From: an uncultured Acidobacteriota bacterium
Lineage (GTDB): Bacteria > Acidobacteriota > Terriglobia > Terriglobales > Acidobacteriaceae
Reading direction: 5' to 3'
Assembly (NCBI GenBank): GCA_963812485.1
Contig: CAWEVD010000013.1
Coordinates: forward strand, 128,668-192,667
Length of the DNA stretch: 64,000 bases
Shown: in pieces, positions 32,670 through 43,226 of the stretch
Numbering within the stretch: position 1 is the first letter of the stretch
Layout: the number at the start of each line of letters is the position of its first letter
The notes under the pieces: generated by a model
What the model was told of the DNA's origin: nothing
Databases searched by the model: none
What the model saw: only the letters and a program-made list of their open reading frames with translations
Translations under genes and position numbers: made by a program

Positions 32670-32699
32670 CCGGAACAGGCCCGCCAAGACCTGTTCCGG
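32670..32699 (+). terminator. Hairpin after the OmpA-family gene
   Basis: CCGGAACAGG..CCTGTTCCGG 10-bp stem about 15 nt after the stop; no strong U-tract. Confidence 0.55.
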
Positions 32700-32914
32700 T
32701 GGCCGTTGTGGATAGGAAGTGGATTTCTGTCAGTCCGGGTGTTTTTCGCGACACGGCCGGCGCCGCATCCATCTTTTATCTCGGCGCGCATGCTGGCTGC
32801 CATGCCCTGCGCATAAATCGCGCTCTGACCGTCACCTTGAGTGCGATACTGCTTGTAAAGTCTGCTCATCGGCGGCCTAAGCCTGCGGCCGTAATCCCTG
32901 ACGGAGCACCAGCG

Positions 32915-34129
32915 ATGGAATTGCGCCCACCGTCCACGTTACGCCCGCCTAGTCGCCTCACGAGTCTCGACGCTCTCCGCGGCACCGTCATGATCATCAT
33001 GGCCATCGACCACGTCCGCGACTTCTTCGACCACTATTCCATGTCCAACTCGCCCACTGACTTGTCGAAAACCAGCGCAATCATGTTCTTCACTCGCTGG
33101 ATCACCCACTTCTGCATGCCCGTCTTCATGTTCTGCGCCGGTGCGGCAGCCTTTCTCTGGTGGAATCGCGGCAAGAAGACGGCCGGTCAGCTCTCATGGT
33201 TCCTCACCACCCGCGCCGTCTGGTTCCTGGCCCTCGAAGTGCTGGTCATGAACTTCGCTTACAGCTTCAACGTCTCGACGCACAGCCTGATCCTCCTTCT
33301 TGTCCTCTACATCTTCGGCGCCTGCATGCTGCTCATGGCCGTGCTCATCCACATGCCTCTGCGCTGGCTGGCCGTCCTCAGCATCGCCATCATCGCTCTC
33401 CACAACCTGCTGGATCCCTACTCCGCATCGCGATTTGGAAAATTCGCTTGGGCCTTTCATCTTCTACATCAACCTGGCGTCATCATGCTTGGCAACCGTC
33501 CCGCCTTCGTCGTCTACCCGATCCTGCCCTGGATCGGCGTTATGGCCGCTGGCTTCTGCTTCGCTCAACTCTTCACATTCGATGACACTACCCGCCGCCG
33601 TATCACATTCCGCCTCGGTCTGGCACTCACTGCAGCCTTCCTCGTCATCCGCGCCATCAACGTCTATGGCGACCCATCACATTGGACCACGCAGAAGTCT
33701 ACCGTCTTCACAGCGCTATCATTCCTCGACTGCACCAAGTACCCGGCGTCTCTGGACTACGTCCTGATGACCATCGGCCCGGCATTACTGCTGCTGGCCT
33801 GGTACGACCATCTCGGATTCTCGAGCCGCAGTCCGCTCATCGTCTTTGGCCGCGTCCCACTCTTCTACTTCGTTCTGCATTTCTATGCCATCCACATCCT
33901 ACTCGGCGTCATGAGCTACATCCGCTACGGCAGCCGCGCCTTCAGCTTCATCTTCAACGCCATGCCCGCGATGGGCGGCCCCAGCGAAGTCTATCCTCCG
34001 GATTTTGGCTATCCTCTCTGGGGCACCTATGCCATCTGGATCGGCATGGTTGCAGCACTCTACCCACTCTGCCGCTGGTTTGCGCGATACAAGGCGACCC
34101 ATCGGTCGTGGTGGTTAAGTTATCTGTAG
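32915..34129 (+). CDS. DUF1624 / HGSNAT-like membrane acyltransferase
   Basis: RLTSLDALRG..MAIDHVR, FFTRWITHFC, YPILPWIG, KYPASL, FGRVPLFYF, WWLSYL; multiple TM helices. Confidence 0.85.
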   Translation: MELRPPSTLRPPSRLTSLDALRGTVMIIMAIDHVRDFFDHYSMSNSPTDLSKTSAIMFFTRWITHFCMPVFMFCAGAAAFLWWNRGKKTAGQLSWFLTTRAVWFLALEVLVMNFAYSFNVSTHSLILLLVLYIFGACMLLMAVLIHMPLRWLAVLSIAIIALHNLLDPYSASRFGKFAWAFHLLHQPGVIMLGNRPAFVVYPILPWIGVMAAGFCFAQLFTFDDTTRRRITFRLGLALTAAFLVIRAINVYGDPSHWTTQKSTVFTALSFLDCTKYPASLDYVLMTIGPALLLLAWYDHLGFSSRSPLIVFGRVPLFYFVLHFYAIHILLGVMSYIRYGSRAFSFIFNAMPAMGGPSEVYPPDFGYPLWGTYAIWIGMVAALYPLCRWFARYKATHRSWWLSYL

Positions 34130-34407
34130 TTCGAGAAAATTGACTCGCCCCCAGGCTATTCAAATAGCCGCAAGAGAGGAGGCGGACAAGACTGTCAATC
34201 AGCGAAATTCATTGGTTCTTATCCGAATTTTCGCTTTCGCCGACTTGCTGCCGAGAACTTGACTTTCCGCCCACTGATGAGTGCTTGGCATTCAGAAGTT
34301 GTGCGAGGCGAACCACTGACTTATTGGGCAAGCCCAGGCTCCTTCCTGTGGTTGGAGGGAAGATAATGTGGGCTGGAATGAATGCGTGTCAACGCTTGCC
34401 AGTGGGA

Positions 34408-34437
34408 ACCGGCAGAAACCAACAGAAGCCAACAAAT
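34408..34437. repeat. Three imperfect 10-bp direct repeats near the tRNA 3' end
   Basis: ACCGGCAGAA-ACCAACAGAA-GCCAACAAAT. Confidence 0.45.
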
Positions 34438-34515
34438 AGTAAAAAGAACTTAAAAATAGCGGAGGGGATCGCCATTCGAGTTAAGCAATTGATTCTAAAT
34501 GCGCTTATATATTTT

Positions 34516-34602
34516 TGGTGCCGAAGAAGGGACTCGAACCCCCACACCCTTGCGAGTACGTGGACCTGAACCACGCGCGTCTGCCAATTCCGCCACTTCG
34601 GC
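34516..34602 (-). tRNA. tRNA-Leu(CAG)
   Basis: GCCGAAG acceptor stem, D-loop GGAATTGGCAGAC, anticodon loop TT-CAG-GT, long variable arm, GGTTCGAGTCC, encoded CCA; 87 nt. Confidence 0.97.
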
Positions 34603-34707
34603 ACGGGACACAGGCCAGGCACGATTGGCCCAACCGGCAGCATCTCTGAGTCTCGCAAAAGCGGCTTGCGGTGTCAAATATTCGGGGGCCTTGTTGCGAG
34701 CCCGCGG

Positions 34708-35184
34708 TTATCGCCCCGCGCCGTCGGGCGTTTTGACCCCGCTGCGCAGCATTTCCACGGCCTTCACGAGCCGGTTGGCGCGCGTCTCTTCCCGCTTGGC
34801 TTCGGTGATCCAGCGGCAATATTCCCGCTTGTGCGTGTAGCTCAATTTCTCAAACACGGGCAGCAGCTTTTCTTTCTTCAGCAGCTTCTGGAACTCCGCC
34901 GGGACTTCGACAGTGCGCTCGGATTCGTCCTTTTCGATCGTGACTTCGACCGTGTCCCCGGGACCTTTGCCGATCTGCTCGCGGATACCCTTCAATATCC
35001 CCAGCATGTGCTGAGGCGCGCCATACTTCACCAACGAACCCGAGTAGGGCACTCCGTCGAACGTGGCCTTTACCGGCACGCGCCCTCTGGTTCCGAATTC
35101 CTCTTCCACGTTGTAGGGAAAGTACACGCACGCCCCGCCGAGGGATGCGCCTTCAATCCTGGCTTTGAATTTGTAGGTTTTCAT
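34708..35184 (-). CDS. DUF1905 + YdeI/OmpD-associated domain protein
   Basis: GRVPVKATFDG..Y.GSL, IGKGPGDTV, LSYTHKREY..WI..AKREETR. Confidence 0.85.
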   Translation of the reverse strand: MKTYKFKARIEGASLGGACVYFPYNVEEEFGTRGRVPVKATFDGVPYSGSLVKYGAPQHMLGILKGIREQIGKGPGDTVEVTIEKDESERTVEVPAEFQKLLKKEKLLPVFEKLSYTHKREYCRWITEAKREETRANRLVKAVEMLRSGVKTPDGAGR

Positions 35185-35294
35185 GGGAAGTTTCGAAGCT
35201 CCTCAGAGCCCTGGTGACAGCATCCTCACTCTCCCACACGCGAAAAGCGAGCGCAAGCATTTCCTGCGCCGCATATGAAGTCCGAAAGACGAGA

Positions 35295-35330
35295 GATGCT
35301 TCCCGTCCGGATGAGGGAGCGGGAAGCATC
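35295..35330 (-). terminator. Hairpin downstream of osmC
   Basis: GATGCTTCCC..GGGAAGCATC 10-bp stem. Confidence 0.55.
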
Positions 35331-35356
35331 GGTGGAAAACGAAATGAGACGCTCTT

Positions 35357-35788
35357 TTACACCAGCTTGGCGTCGAGCGTGATGTCGGTGTTGTTGGCGA
35401 AGAGCTTCGAAATCGGGCATCCCGCCTTGGCGTCCGCGGCCGCCTTGTCGAAGGCTTCCTTGCTGGCGCCGGGAACGCTGGCCGTCGAGGTCAGCGCGAT
35501 CTTGGTGATCGCAAACCCGCCGTCCGTCTTGGCCAGGGTCACGGCCGCGTGGGTTTCGATCTTTTCCGGGGTCAGGCCGGCGCCGCCCAACTGTGCGCCC
35601 AGCGCCATGGAGAAGCAGCTCGCGTGGGCCGCCGCAATCAGTTCCTCCGGCGTGGTGCCCGAGGTCGCGCCTTCAAACCGCGTGGCAAACGAATAATTGG
35701 CGTTGTTCAAAACGCCCGTTGCCGTAGAAATCGTGCCCTTGCCTTCCTTCAGTGAACCAGTCCAAACCGCACTTGCCTTGCTTGCCAT
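35357..35788 (-). CDS. osmC: OsmC family peroxiredoxin
   Basis: W.GSLKEGKG, YSFATRFE, TPEELIAAAHASCFSMAL, AKAGCPISK. Confidence 0.93.
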   Translation of the reverse strand: MASKASAVWTGSLKEGKGTISTATGVLNNANYSFATRFEGATSGTTPEELIAAAHASCFSMALGAQLGGAGLTPEKIETHAAVTLAKTDGGFAITKIALTSTASVPGASKEAFDKAAADAKAGCPISKLFANNTDITLDAKLV

Positions 35789-35963
35789 TCAATTCCTCCT
35801 TCGGGGTTCGTAGATCGTGGTTGGTCCAGCGGCGTGTCGCACCGTCTCCTTGGGGAAGTGGATCGGGCGGCGCAAAGATGCAAGCCACCGGGTTAATGCT
35901 TCAGGAACCTGCCGGGCTGCCGTCAACCAGGCGAGCCCTCTCTTCCATGCTAATCTCTCACCC

Positions 35964-36206
35964 ATGCTGCCCGAGCGTCCCCGTGCCCTTGACCCCGACT
36001 TCGTCCCGGACTTCACCCCCGACTTTGAGGCCGGCCGTCGAGCAGGCGTCCCGCAAAGTGGTCCGCAGCCCTCTCCGGATACTGCAGCTCCGGTCGATCA
36101 CCATTGCCAGATCTGCCCCACCTGCGGCCATCGTCTCACCGGCCACCATTGCAAGCTGGTGTGCACCCAATGCGGCTATTACCTCAGTTGCGCTGACTAC
36201 TATTGA
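35964..36206 (+). CDS. Small CPxCG zinc-ribbon protein
   Basis: C-terminus CQICPTCG..HHCKLVCTQCGYYLSCADYY; start codon uncertain. Confidence 0.65.
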   Translation: MLPERPRALDPDFVPDFTPDFEAGRRAGVPQSGPQPSPDTAAPVDHHCQICPTCGHRLTGHHCKLVCTQCGYYLSCADYY

Positions 36207-36279
36207 CCGTCCCGCCGTGCTGGTCTATGATTGGGAGCCGGATACCGCTGACATTTGAACTGTCCGCGAAGGCAGGAAT

Positions 36280-38194
36280 CATGAAAGGGATCGGCACGCT
36301 TGTTCTTCGTCTTTCTCAATCCTTGAGCTTTGTTCAAAGGTGCTCTCGCGCTCTGGCTGGCGACGGTTGCCTTTACTCGTCGCGTTCGCGGCCCCAGCCG
36401 GCTTCGATCAGCAGACTTCGTCAATCAAGGTGACTTTCGACGCTCACCGTCCCGGTTTGAGTGCGCTGAGCATCGACTCACTGCTTAAGAGCAGCTTCCG
36501 TCCAAATCCACTGATCGATCCCGGCGGCCAGGCAATTCCATATTCGGTCTCGAGTCAGGACGGCTGGGCTCGCTATGCCTTCCCGTCTCATCCTGACCAT
36601 ATCGCCTGGCAAATGCGCACCGACGGCGACCGCCTGGTCATGCGCAGCGTGTTCCAAGCCGACGCCCCGCCCCAGGACATCACGCTGAAATTCGACCCCA
36701 ACGTCACCCACGCCACGCTCTTGGGTCATGTAACACCATCTGGAGACATCGCTCTTCCCGCGGTCCTCCATCTCCCCGGCATGGGTTCCATGCGCATCTC
36801 CGTATCGGGCAACGATGGGGCGGTGCTGCACTACGATGCACGTCGTGCTCCCGAGCAGTTCGTGAAGGTTGTATTTCCCCGCGGCCAATTCCCAACACCC
36901 CACCGTCGAGTACTCTCTTCAAACTGCCGCCATCTATCCTGCCGTGCCGGGCATTGAAAACGACCCGCGCTACGATGGCTTTCGTCGCGACTTTCTCGAC
37001 ATTTTTCAGCAGCAGGCGGAGATGCACGTTCTCGCCAATCACGCCGCCAGCGATGCCTGCGCGTTCACCGTGTACGAATACGCAGATATGGCCCGCTACA
37101 CGCCCGAACTGGCAAAGGGACTGACCGCGCTGGACCTGGTGCGCGAGACTCTCGACCGCTATCTTGCCGGGTTTCTCGGTTACGGCATGCCGGGTTATCA
37201 GGGGTTTGATTCGCCGGTGGAGACCGGCCCAACCACCACCCCGTACATATACAGCGATGTTTATCCGTCGTTGCTGATCTCCGCGTATGACTACGTCTCC
37301 GGCAGCGCAGATGAATACTGGCTTCGCAGCAATTACCCCAAGCTGCGCAACTGGGCCGACGCCATGATCGCCCAGAACTCCGATGGCGGCCCGCTCATCG
37401 AGTACCCCGGCCAGCGGCAACTCGGGCTCATGGCCGGAGAAGATCGCCCTTCGTCCCGCAAACTGGTGGGACACGATTGGATTCGGCCACCAGGATGCCT
37501 ATTCCAACGCGCTCGCATACCGGGCTTTGCGCGGCATGGCGGCGCTCGCCGATTTACTTCACGAATCCGCCGACACGGCGCGCTACCGTCAGCGCGCCCA
37601 GCAGATCCGGGACGCCTATGTGCCCGCGTTTCTCGACAAGGATGCGGGCGTCCTGGCCGGCTGGAGAAGCCGCGACGGCCAACTGCACAATTACTACTTC
37701 ACATTCGTCAACGGCATTGCGGCGCTTTACGGCCTGGCCGACGAGGACCTCAGCCGTCAACTGATGAGCCGGACTCTCGCCAAGATGCAGAGCGTGGGTT
37801 ACACCAACTTCTCGCTTGGTTTGCCGGGCAACCTGGTTCCCATCCGCCGCGCCGACTATGTTGACCTTGACCCGCGCTTCGGCGGTCCCAGGCGGGAAGA
37901 TGGAAGCGACGGGTTTCAGGTATATGAGAATGGCGGCGCCACCGCCTGCTTCGCCTATTTCACCGTGGCCGCGCTCTACAAACTGGGAGAAAAAGAAAAG
38001 GCCGACACGATCCTCATGCCAATGCTCGATGCCTTCGCGCGCCAGGGATTCTCAGGCCGGCGCCCGACGGCCTGACGTACGACTGGAAAGACTGGCACGG
38101 AGGCGCGCACGGCTACGAAGGATTCCTGGTCGACAACTACTACGCGCTTCTCGCCGTGCTCGACCGCGCCAACATGATCGCAAAGATACCGTGA
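36280..38194 (+). CDS. Putative six-hairpin glycoside hydrolase (several frameshifts)
   Basis: Joined ORFs 36340/36869/37383 plus tail; ANWWDT..GHQDAYSNALAYRAL, YENGG, ..DWKDWHG..GYEGFLVDNY resemble an (alpha/alpha)6 GH fold. Confidence 0.6.
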
Positions 38195-38203
38195 GGCGGC
38201 TGT

Positions 38204-38236
38204 GAACAACTCCGGCAGACGCTGCAGGAGTTGTTC
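38204..38236. terminator. Bidirectional terminator between convergent genes
   Basis: GAACAACTCC..GGAGTTGTTC stem between the GH stop and the SDR stop. Confidence 0.6.
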
Positions 38237-38247
38237 CAGGTTTTCGG

Positions 38248-38997
38248 TTAGATATTGCTCATCCCGCCATCGATCAGCAGCTCGCTGCCAACCGTAAACG
38301 CCGACTCATCCGACGCGAAGAACACCACCGCGCTGGCAATCTCGCTCGGCGTGCCGAACCGCTTCACCGGCACCTGGCCCTGGATCGCCGTCGCCACCTG
38401 CTTCAACTCGGCGTCGGAAAAGCCCAGCTTGCCGTACAGCGGCGTAGAAATGGGGCCCGGGCTGATTGCGTTCACGCGAATGCCGCGGCCAATCAGTTCG
38501 CCGGAGAGCGTTCGAACCAGCGAAATAAGTGCTGCTTTCGTAGCCGCATACACGCTGGTGTTGGGCATCCCGATATGCGCGTTCACTGAGCCGTTGAGCA
38601 CGATCGAAGCCGGGTTTGCAAACACCGGCAGCAGCGCCTTGATCAGGAAATACGGTCCCTTCAGGTTGATCGCAATCGAGCGGTCGAACCCCGCCTCGTC
38701 CATCTGCTCCATGGGCCGCATGTCCACGATTCCGGCGTTGACGAAGAGCACATCCAGCCCGCCGAACGCCTGCCGTACATTCTCCGCCAGTTCCTTTTGC
38801 GCACCGGCATCGGCAGCATTCGAAGCCACGGCGAACACGTCGGGACCAAGCTCTGAACGCGCAGCTTCGAGGTTCGCGGGATTGTTGCCGGTAATCATCA
38901 CCCGGGCCCCTTCGCGCAAGAACTGGCGCGCGGTTTCAAGGCCGATGCCGGTTGTGCCGCCGGTGATGAGCGCACGCTTGCCTGCAAGTCGGTTCAT
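38248..38997 (-). CDS. Short-chain dehydrogenase/reductase
   Basis: TGGTTGIG, NAG, YAATK, IRVNAISPG, DGG. Confidence 0.93.
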   Translation of the reverse strand: MNRLAGKRALITGGTTGIGLETARQFLREGARVMITGNNPANLEAARSELGPDVFAVASNAADAGAQKELAENVRQAFGGLDVLFVNAGIVDMRPMEQMDEAGFDRSIAINLKGPYFLIKALLPVFANPASIVLNGSVNAHIGMPNTSVYAATKAALISLVRTLSGELIGRGIRVNAISPGPISTPLYGKLGFSDAELKQVATAIQGQVPVKRFGTPSEIASAVVFFASDESAFTVGSELLIDGGMSNI

Positions 38998-39015
38998 CGA
39001 TCTTCTCCGTTCTGC

Positions 39016-39956
39016 TTATCGGTTCTGAAGGCGCGGCATCACGATGACCGTTTTGCCGTAGCCGCGCCGCGATTCGATCTTGCGGGAGTAGGCTGCCGCT
39101 GCTTCGGATAGCGGAACTTCTGCGTCGACAAAAACGCGCAGCTTTCCCTGATCCAGCAGCTTTCCAATCTCCGCGAGTTGTTGGCTGTTGGGCTCGACGA
39201 TGAAGAATGCATCCTTGACACGCGGATCTTCAGTGGCCTCGCTGTCGGCCGCGATCGTAACCATCCGGCCGCCGGGCTTGAGCACACTCCACGAGCGCCG
39301 CAGGGTGTCGCCTCCCACGCAATCGAATACTACATCGAGATCCCGGACCTGCTCCTCGAATCTTCTCGGCTGAGTAGTCGATCGCATGTTCGGCCCCGAG
39401 CCCGCGAACGAACTCCAGGTTCTGGGCCGAAGCGGTAGTGATGACGTGCGCCCCGCGCAGCCGCGCCATCTGAATGACAAACACGCCCACCGCGCCCGAG
39501 CCTCCGTGCACCAGGATTCGCTGGCCGGCCTGGAGCCGCGCACGCTCGAGACCCTGCCACGCGGTGAGCGCGCCAATCGGAACCGCCGCCGCTTCGGCAT
39601 GGGTGAGACTCGCCGGCTTGCGCGCGATGCCCGACGTATCAGCCACGCAGTACTCCGCCGTCGCTCCGTCCGCGAACCAGTCGTTCATGCCGAAGACTTC
39701 GTCGCCAATCGAGTATCCGTTGACCGCGGCGCCCAGCGCCGTGATCACGCCGGAAAACTCGTGTCCCGGAATCGCTCCCGTGCGTTCGCTGCCGTCCTTG
39801 TTATGCGACGTGGGATACCACAGGAGTTCGGTGGGCGTGACTCCGGCGGCATAAACCTGAACCAGCACTTCATTCGCCCCGGGCATCGGTTCGGGCGCAT
39901 CCGTTTCCAACAGTACCGGCGCGGTTTGCAATCGCGGTCAGTTGAACAGCTCTCAT
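39016..39956 (-). CDS. NADP-dependent oxidoreductase, MDR/quinone reductase family (frameshifted)
   Basis: IPGHEFSG, ATAEY, LTAWQGL, HGGSGAVG, then DVVFDCVGG..GKTVI in the next frame. Confidence 0.85.
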
Positions 39957-40034
39957 GAGGTTCGCCAAAACTAACAGTTACACAGATGTGCCTGCATCGC
40001 GAAAAGTCGCAGCGAACTCATGGATGAAGCTGCT

Positions 40035-41726
40035 CTACTTTGCTTCGTTCTTCTTTCGCGCCGCCTCGAATTCGTCGCCCGCGTTCCATTCCACCGGTTT
40101 CGGCTGTTCGCTCGCCAGCCAGCCAAGCACAAACCCGAATCGCGCCAGCTTGGCGTTGCCGCGGAAATCCCAGTCGGCGCGGTACTCATCGGAGGGCTGG
40201 TGATAGTGGTGCGCTACGTAGTCCTCGTACTGGTCGTGGCCCCAGGCTACGTCGTGACCTTCGAAAAGATTGCCCTGGTCCACCGAGAACGCCGGAATAC
40301 CCACCCGCGCCAGCGAAAAATGGTCGCTGCGATAGTAGTGGCCCGCGCCCGGGGTGGGATCGGGCAGCAGCTTAAGATCGAACGCCTCGGCCACCTTCTG
40401 CACCGTGGGCCAGAAGTCGATGCGCTCGGCGCCGCCCAGGTTCGCTGAGAGTGGTATCCCCACCGGCAGCACCATGTCGTAGTTCAGATCGAGCGAGATC
40501 TGCCCCGCGGGCACCGGCGGATGCATGCCCAGGTACTGCGAGCCGAGCAATCCCTGCTCCTCCGCGGTCACGGATGCGAAATAAACATCGTGGGGCGGCT
40601 TCTCGCTCGATTGCGCAAAGGCCCGCGCCATCTCCAGCAGAATGCCGCAGCCCGTGCCATTGTCGGCCGCGCCGTTATAAATGTTGTCGCCCTTGGCGTC
40701 GGGATCGATGCCCAGGTGATCGTAATGCGCGGTGTAGAGCACCGCATTGCTGCCGGACGCGACTCCGGCCACCTTGCCCACCACGTTGGTTGAGTCATAG
40801 CGCCGCACGCGGCTCTCTACATGGCCCTTCAACCGCACGGAAAGCTCGACCGCATGGAATCCCGGCTTGCCCGCCTTCTCAATGGCCGCGTCCACATCGC
40901 CAAGTCCCGCGGCCGTCAGCAGTTTCTGCGCCACGTCGTGCTGAATCCACGCCGCCGCGCGCAGCGTCGCATCGGGATCGCCCTGCAGATAGCTCTTTTC
41001 GATTGCCTGCGAATTCCGCACCACCTCCCAGCCATAACTGGCCAGGTCGGTGCGATGAATAATCAGCACGCCCACCGCGCCGCGCCGCGCCGCTTCTTCA
41101 TACTTGTAGGTCCAGCGTCCGTAGTAGGTCAGCGCCTTGCCCTTGAAGAAATTCACGTCCTCCGACGGCGGCTCGTTCACGATCACCAGCGCCACTTTGC
41201 CCTTCACGTCCACGCCCGCGTAGTCGTCCCAGTGGTACTCGGGCGCATGAATGCCATACCCCACAAAAACAATGGGCGCGTCGATATCGGCCGTCGCCTG
41301 TCCGGTCTGGTCCTTGGAGACAATTTCTGTCCCATACGTCAGCTCCACCGGCGATCCGCTTGCCGGCACAAATGCGAACTTCGTCTTGTCCTCGATGGTG
41401 TGCACGGCGTAGAGCGGCACGCGCTGAAAGTAAGTATTGTCATCGCCGGCCGGCTGCACGCCATCGAGCGCAAACTGGGTGGCGATATACTCGGCGGCCA
41501 GCTTGTCGCCGCGCGTCCCCGGTCCGCGCCCTTCCAGCAGATCCAGCGACAGAAATCGCACGTGGGCGCGAATCTTTTCTGGATCAATCGACATGGCCGC
41601 CCGATGGGCCGCCGGCGGTACGCCGGGAATGTCAGGGATGGCGTGTTCACCACCCGGCTGGGCGAAAGCACTGCATGCACTGAGAATCATGCCGGCTACG
41701 ATCAACGACGTGTACTTACGGCTCAT
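40035..41726 (-). CDS. M28 family peptidase with PA domain
   Basis: Signal peptide, AHYDHLG, GAADNGTG, AEEQGLLGS, RSDH, YHQPSDE. Confidence 0.92.
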   Translation of the reverse strand: MSRKYTSLIVAGMILSACSAFAQPGGEHAIPDIPGVPPAAHRAAMSIDPEKIRAHVRFLSLDLLEGRGPGTRGDKLAAEYIATQFALDGVQPAGDDNTYFQRVPLYAVHTIEDKTKFAFVPASGSPVELTYGTEIVSKDQTGQATADIDAPIVFVGYGIHAPEYHWDDYAGVDVKGKVALVIVNEPPSEDVNFFKGKALTYYGRWTYKYEEAARRGAVGVLIIHRTDLASYGWEVVRNSQAIEKSYLQGDPDATLRAAAWIQHDVAQKLLTAAGLGDVDAAIEKAGKPGFHAVELSVRLKGHVESRVRRYDSTNVVGKVAGVASGSNAVLYTAHYDHLGIDPDAKGDNIYNGAADNGTGCGILLEMARAFAQSSEKPPHDVYFASVTAEEQGLLGSQYLGMHPPVPAGQISLDLNYDMVLPVGIPLSANLGGAERIDFWPTVQKVAEAFDLKLLPDPTPGAGHYYRSDHFSLARVGIPAFSVDQGNLFEGHDVAWGHDQYEDYVAHHYHQPSDEYRADWDFRGNAKLARFGFVLGWLASEQPKPVEWNAGDEFEAARKKNEAK

Positions 41727-41815
41727 TCAATCTCCATTAAGCGACAAAAAAACTTCATCCATGGAACAATCTCGGAGTTCGTCGCGAATAGGATGATTCT
41801 ATCCGCAGACTCAGC

Positions 41816-42930
41816 TCAAGGGCTGGCGAGAGCGCCGGCTTCGAAAGCCTCGGAATCGGGATTTCGCGGAGGAAGAAGATGTGCGCGACGCAGCACTTTC
41901 CGCGCCAGCCCCGTCAATGCCATCGTCCCGGCCTCCGGCAGCGAAACCCATCGCCGCTCTCCGCCGGCCACGGTTCGCGCAGCGCACCTCCTCTTCCCGC
42001 ACATCGCAAATGCGCACAATGTAGATTCACCTGCATGATGGCGTGGCGAACCGTCATCCGCACGTCGTCTGCTTCGCCGGCCCCGTCGCGCATGGCCGGC
42101 AACTCCCACAGGCCGGGCATGACGCTCGCCGCGGCCGGCCGCTGCTCCAGCAGGACCTCGCGATCGGGCCTCCCATCGCTGCCGTTCGCATCGGGCGGCA
42201 TCCGCACGCACAGGGCATGCGCCACCTCGCGCGTCGCAATCCGCGGCCGCGGCGCCGTCTTGTGCTCGCCGCGCGTCTTGCAACTCGCCGACACCGGGCA
42301 CACCAGGCACTGCGGATTGCGCGGAAGGCACACCGTCGCGCCCAGTTCCATCACCGCCTGGTTGAAATCTCCCGGCCGCTCCGGATCCAGCAGGCGCGCG
42401 GCCATCGCCTCGATCCGGTTTCGGAGGTCCGTGCTGCCTTTGCCGCCGTTTGCGTCCCATCCCGCCAACCGGCACAATACTCGCTCTACGTTGCCGTCCA
42501 CCACTGCTACGGGTTCGCCGTGGGCGATGCTCGCAATCGCCGCCGACGTGTAGCCGCCGATGCCGGGAAGCATACGCAACTCCGCCGCCGTCTCCGGCAT
42601 GACGCCGCCGCGGTCCGCCACGATCACCTGCGCCGCCTTGTGCAACATGCGCGCCCGCCGGTAATAGCCCAGCCCGCTCCACAGCGCCAGAACGTCCTGT
42701 TCCGAAGCGCGGGCCAGGGCGGCCACTGTCGGAAAGCGCGCCATGAACGCCTGGTACCGCTCCACCACCACGGCTACCCGCGTCTGCTGCAGCATGATCT
42801 CCGAGACCCAGATCGCGTAAGGATCGCGGCTCCGGCGCCAGGGCAGATCGCGCCGGCCGCCTTCATACCACCCAAGTAACGCTTTCCGCATCCAGGTAAC
42901 TTGGCCTGCGCTGGCTCGAATCTTCGCCAT
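41816..42930 (-). CDS. mutY: A/G-specific adenine glycosylase MutY (frameshift near 42020)
   Basis: RDLPWR, WVSEIMLQQT, GLGYYRRA, LPGIG, VDGNV, CX6CX2CX5C Fe-S motif. Confidence 0.92.
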
Positions 42931-43226
42931 GCGCCCAGATTACGGCATCGGCCGCGGTAGGGCAGGGCGCGCAGCTAGCCTTCCGGTCCTGCGAGGCCAT
43001 TCTTGCCGGAGAAGGTACAACTTTTGAGGGAAAGACCGGCAACTTCTGGTTCATTCCCAAAGTTCAGACCGATGGTAACCTTCAGGCAATATCCGATTTT
43101 GGACTTGAATTCAAAGCTGCAACGCGTTCGCCGGCTATTCGGTTGCTCGCGTCAGGCGGGGGTCCTATATTACCGGTTAAAGGCCAGCCAGGCCGAGTCG
43201 ATTATTTAAGGAGGGGGGTCCTGATA

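Noticed and set aside
38255-39028. Antisense ORF spanning the SDR gene
   Set aside because: Mirror-frame ORF of a GC-biased gene; no independent signals
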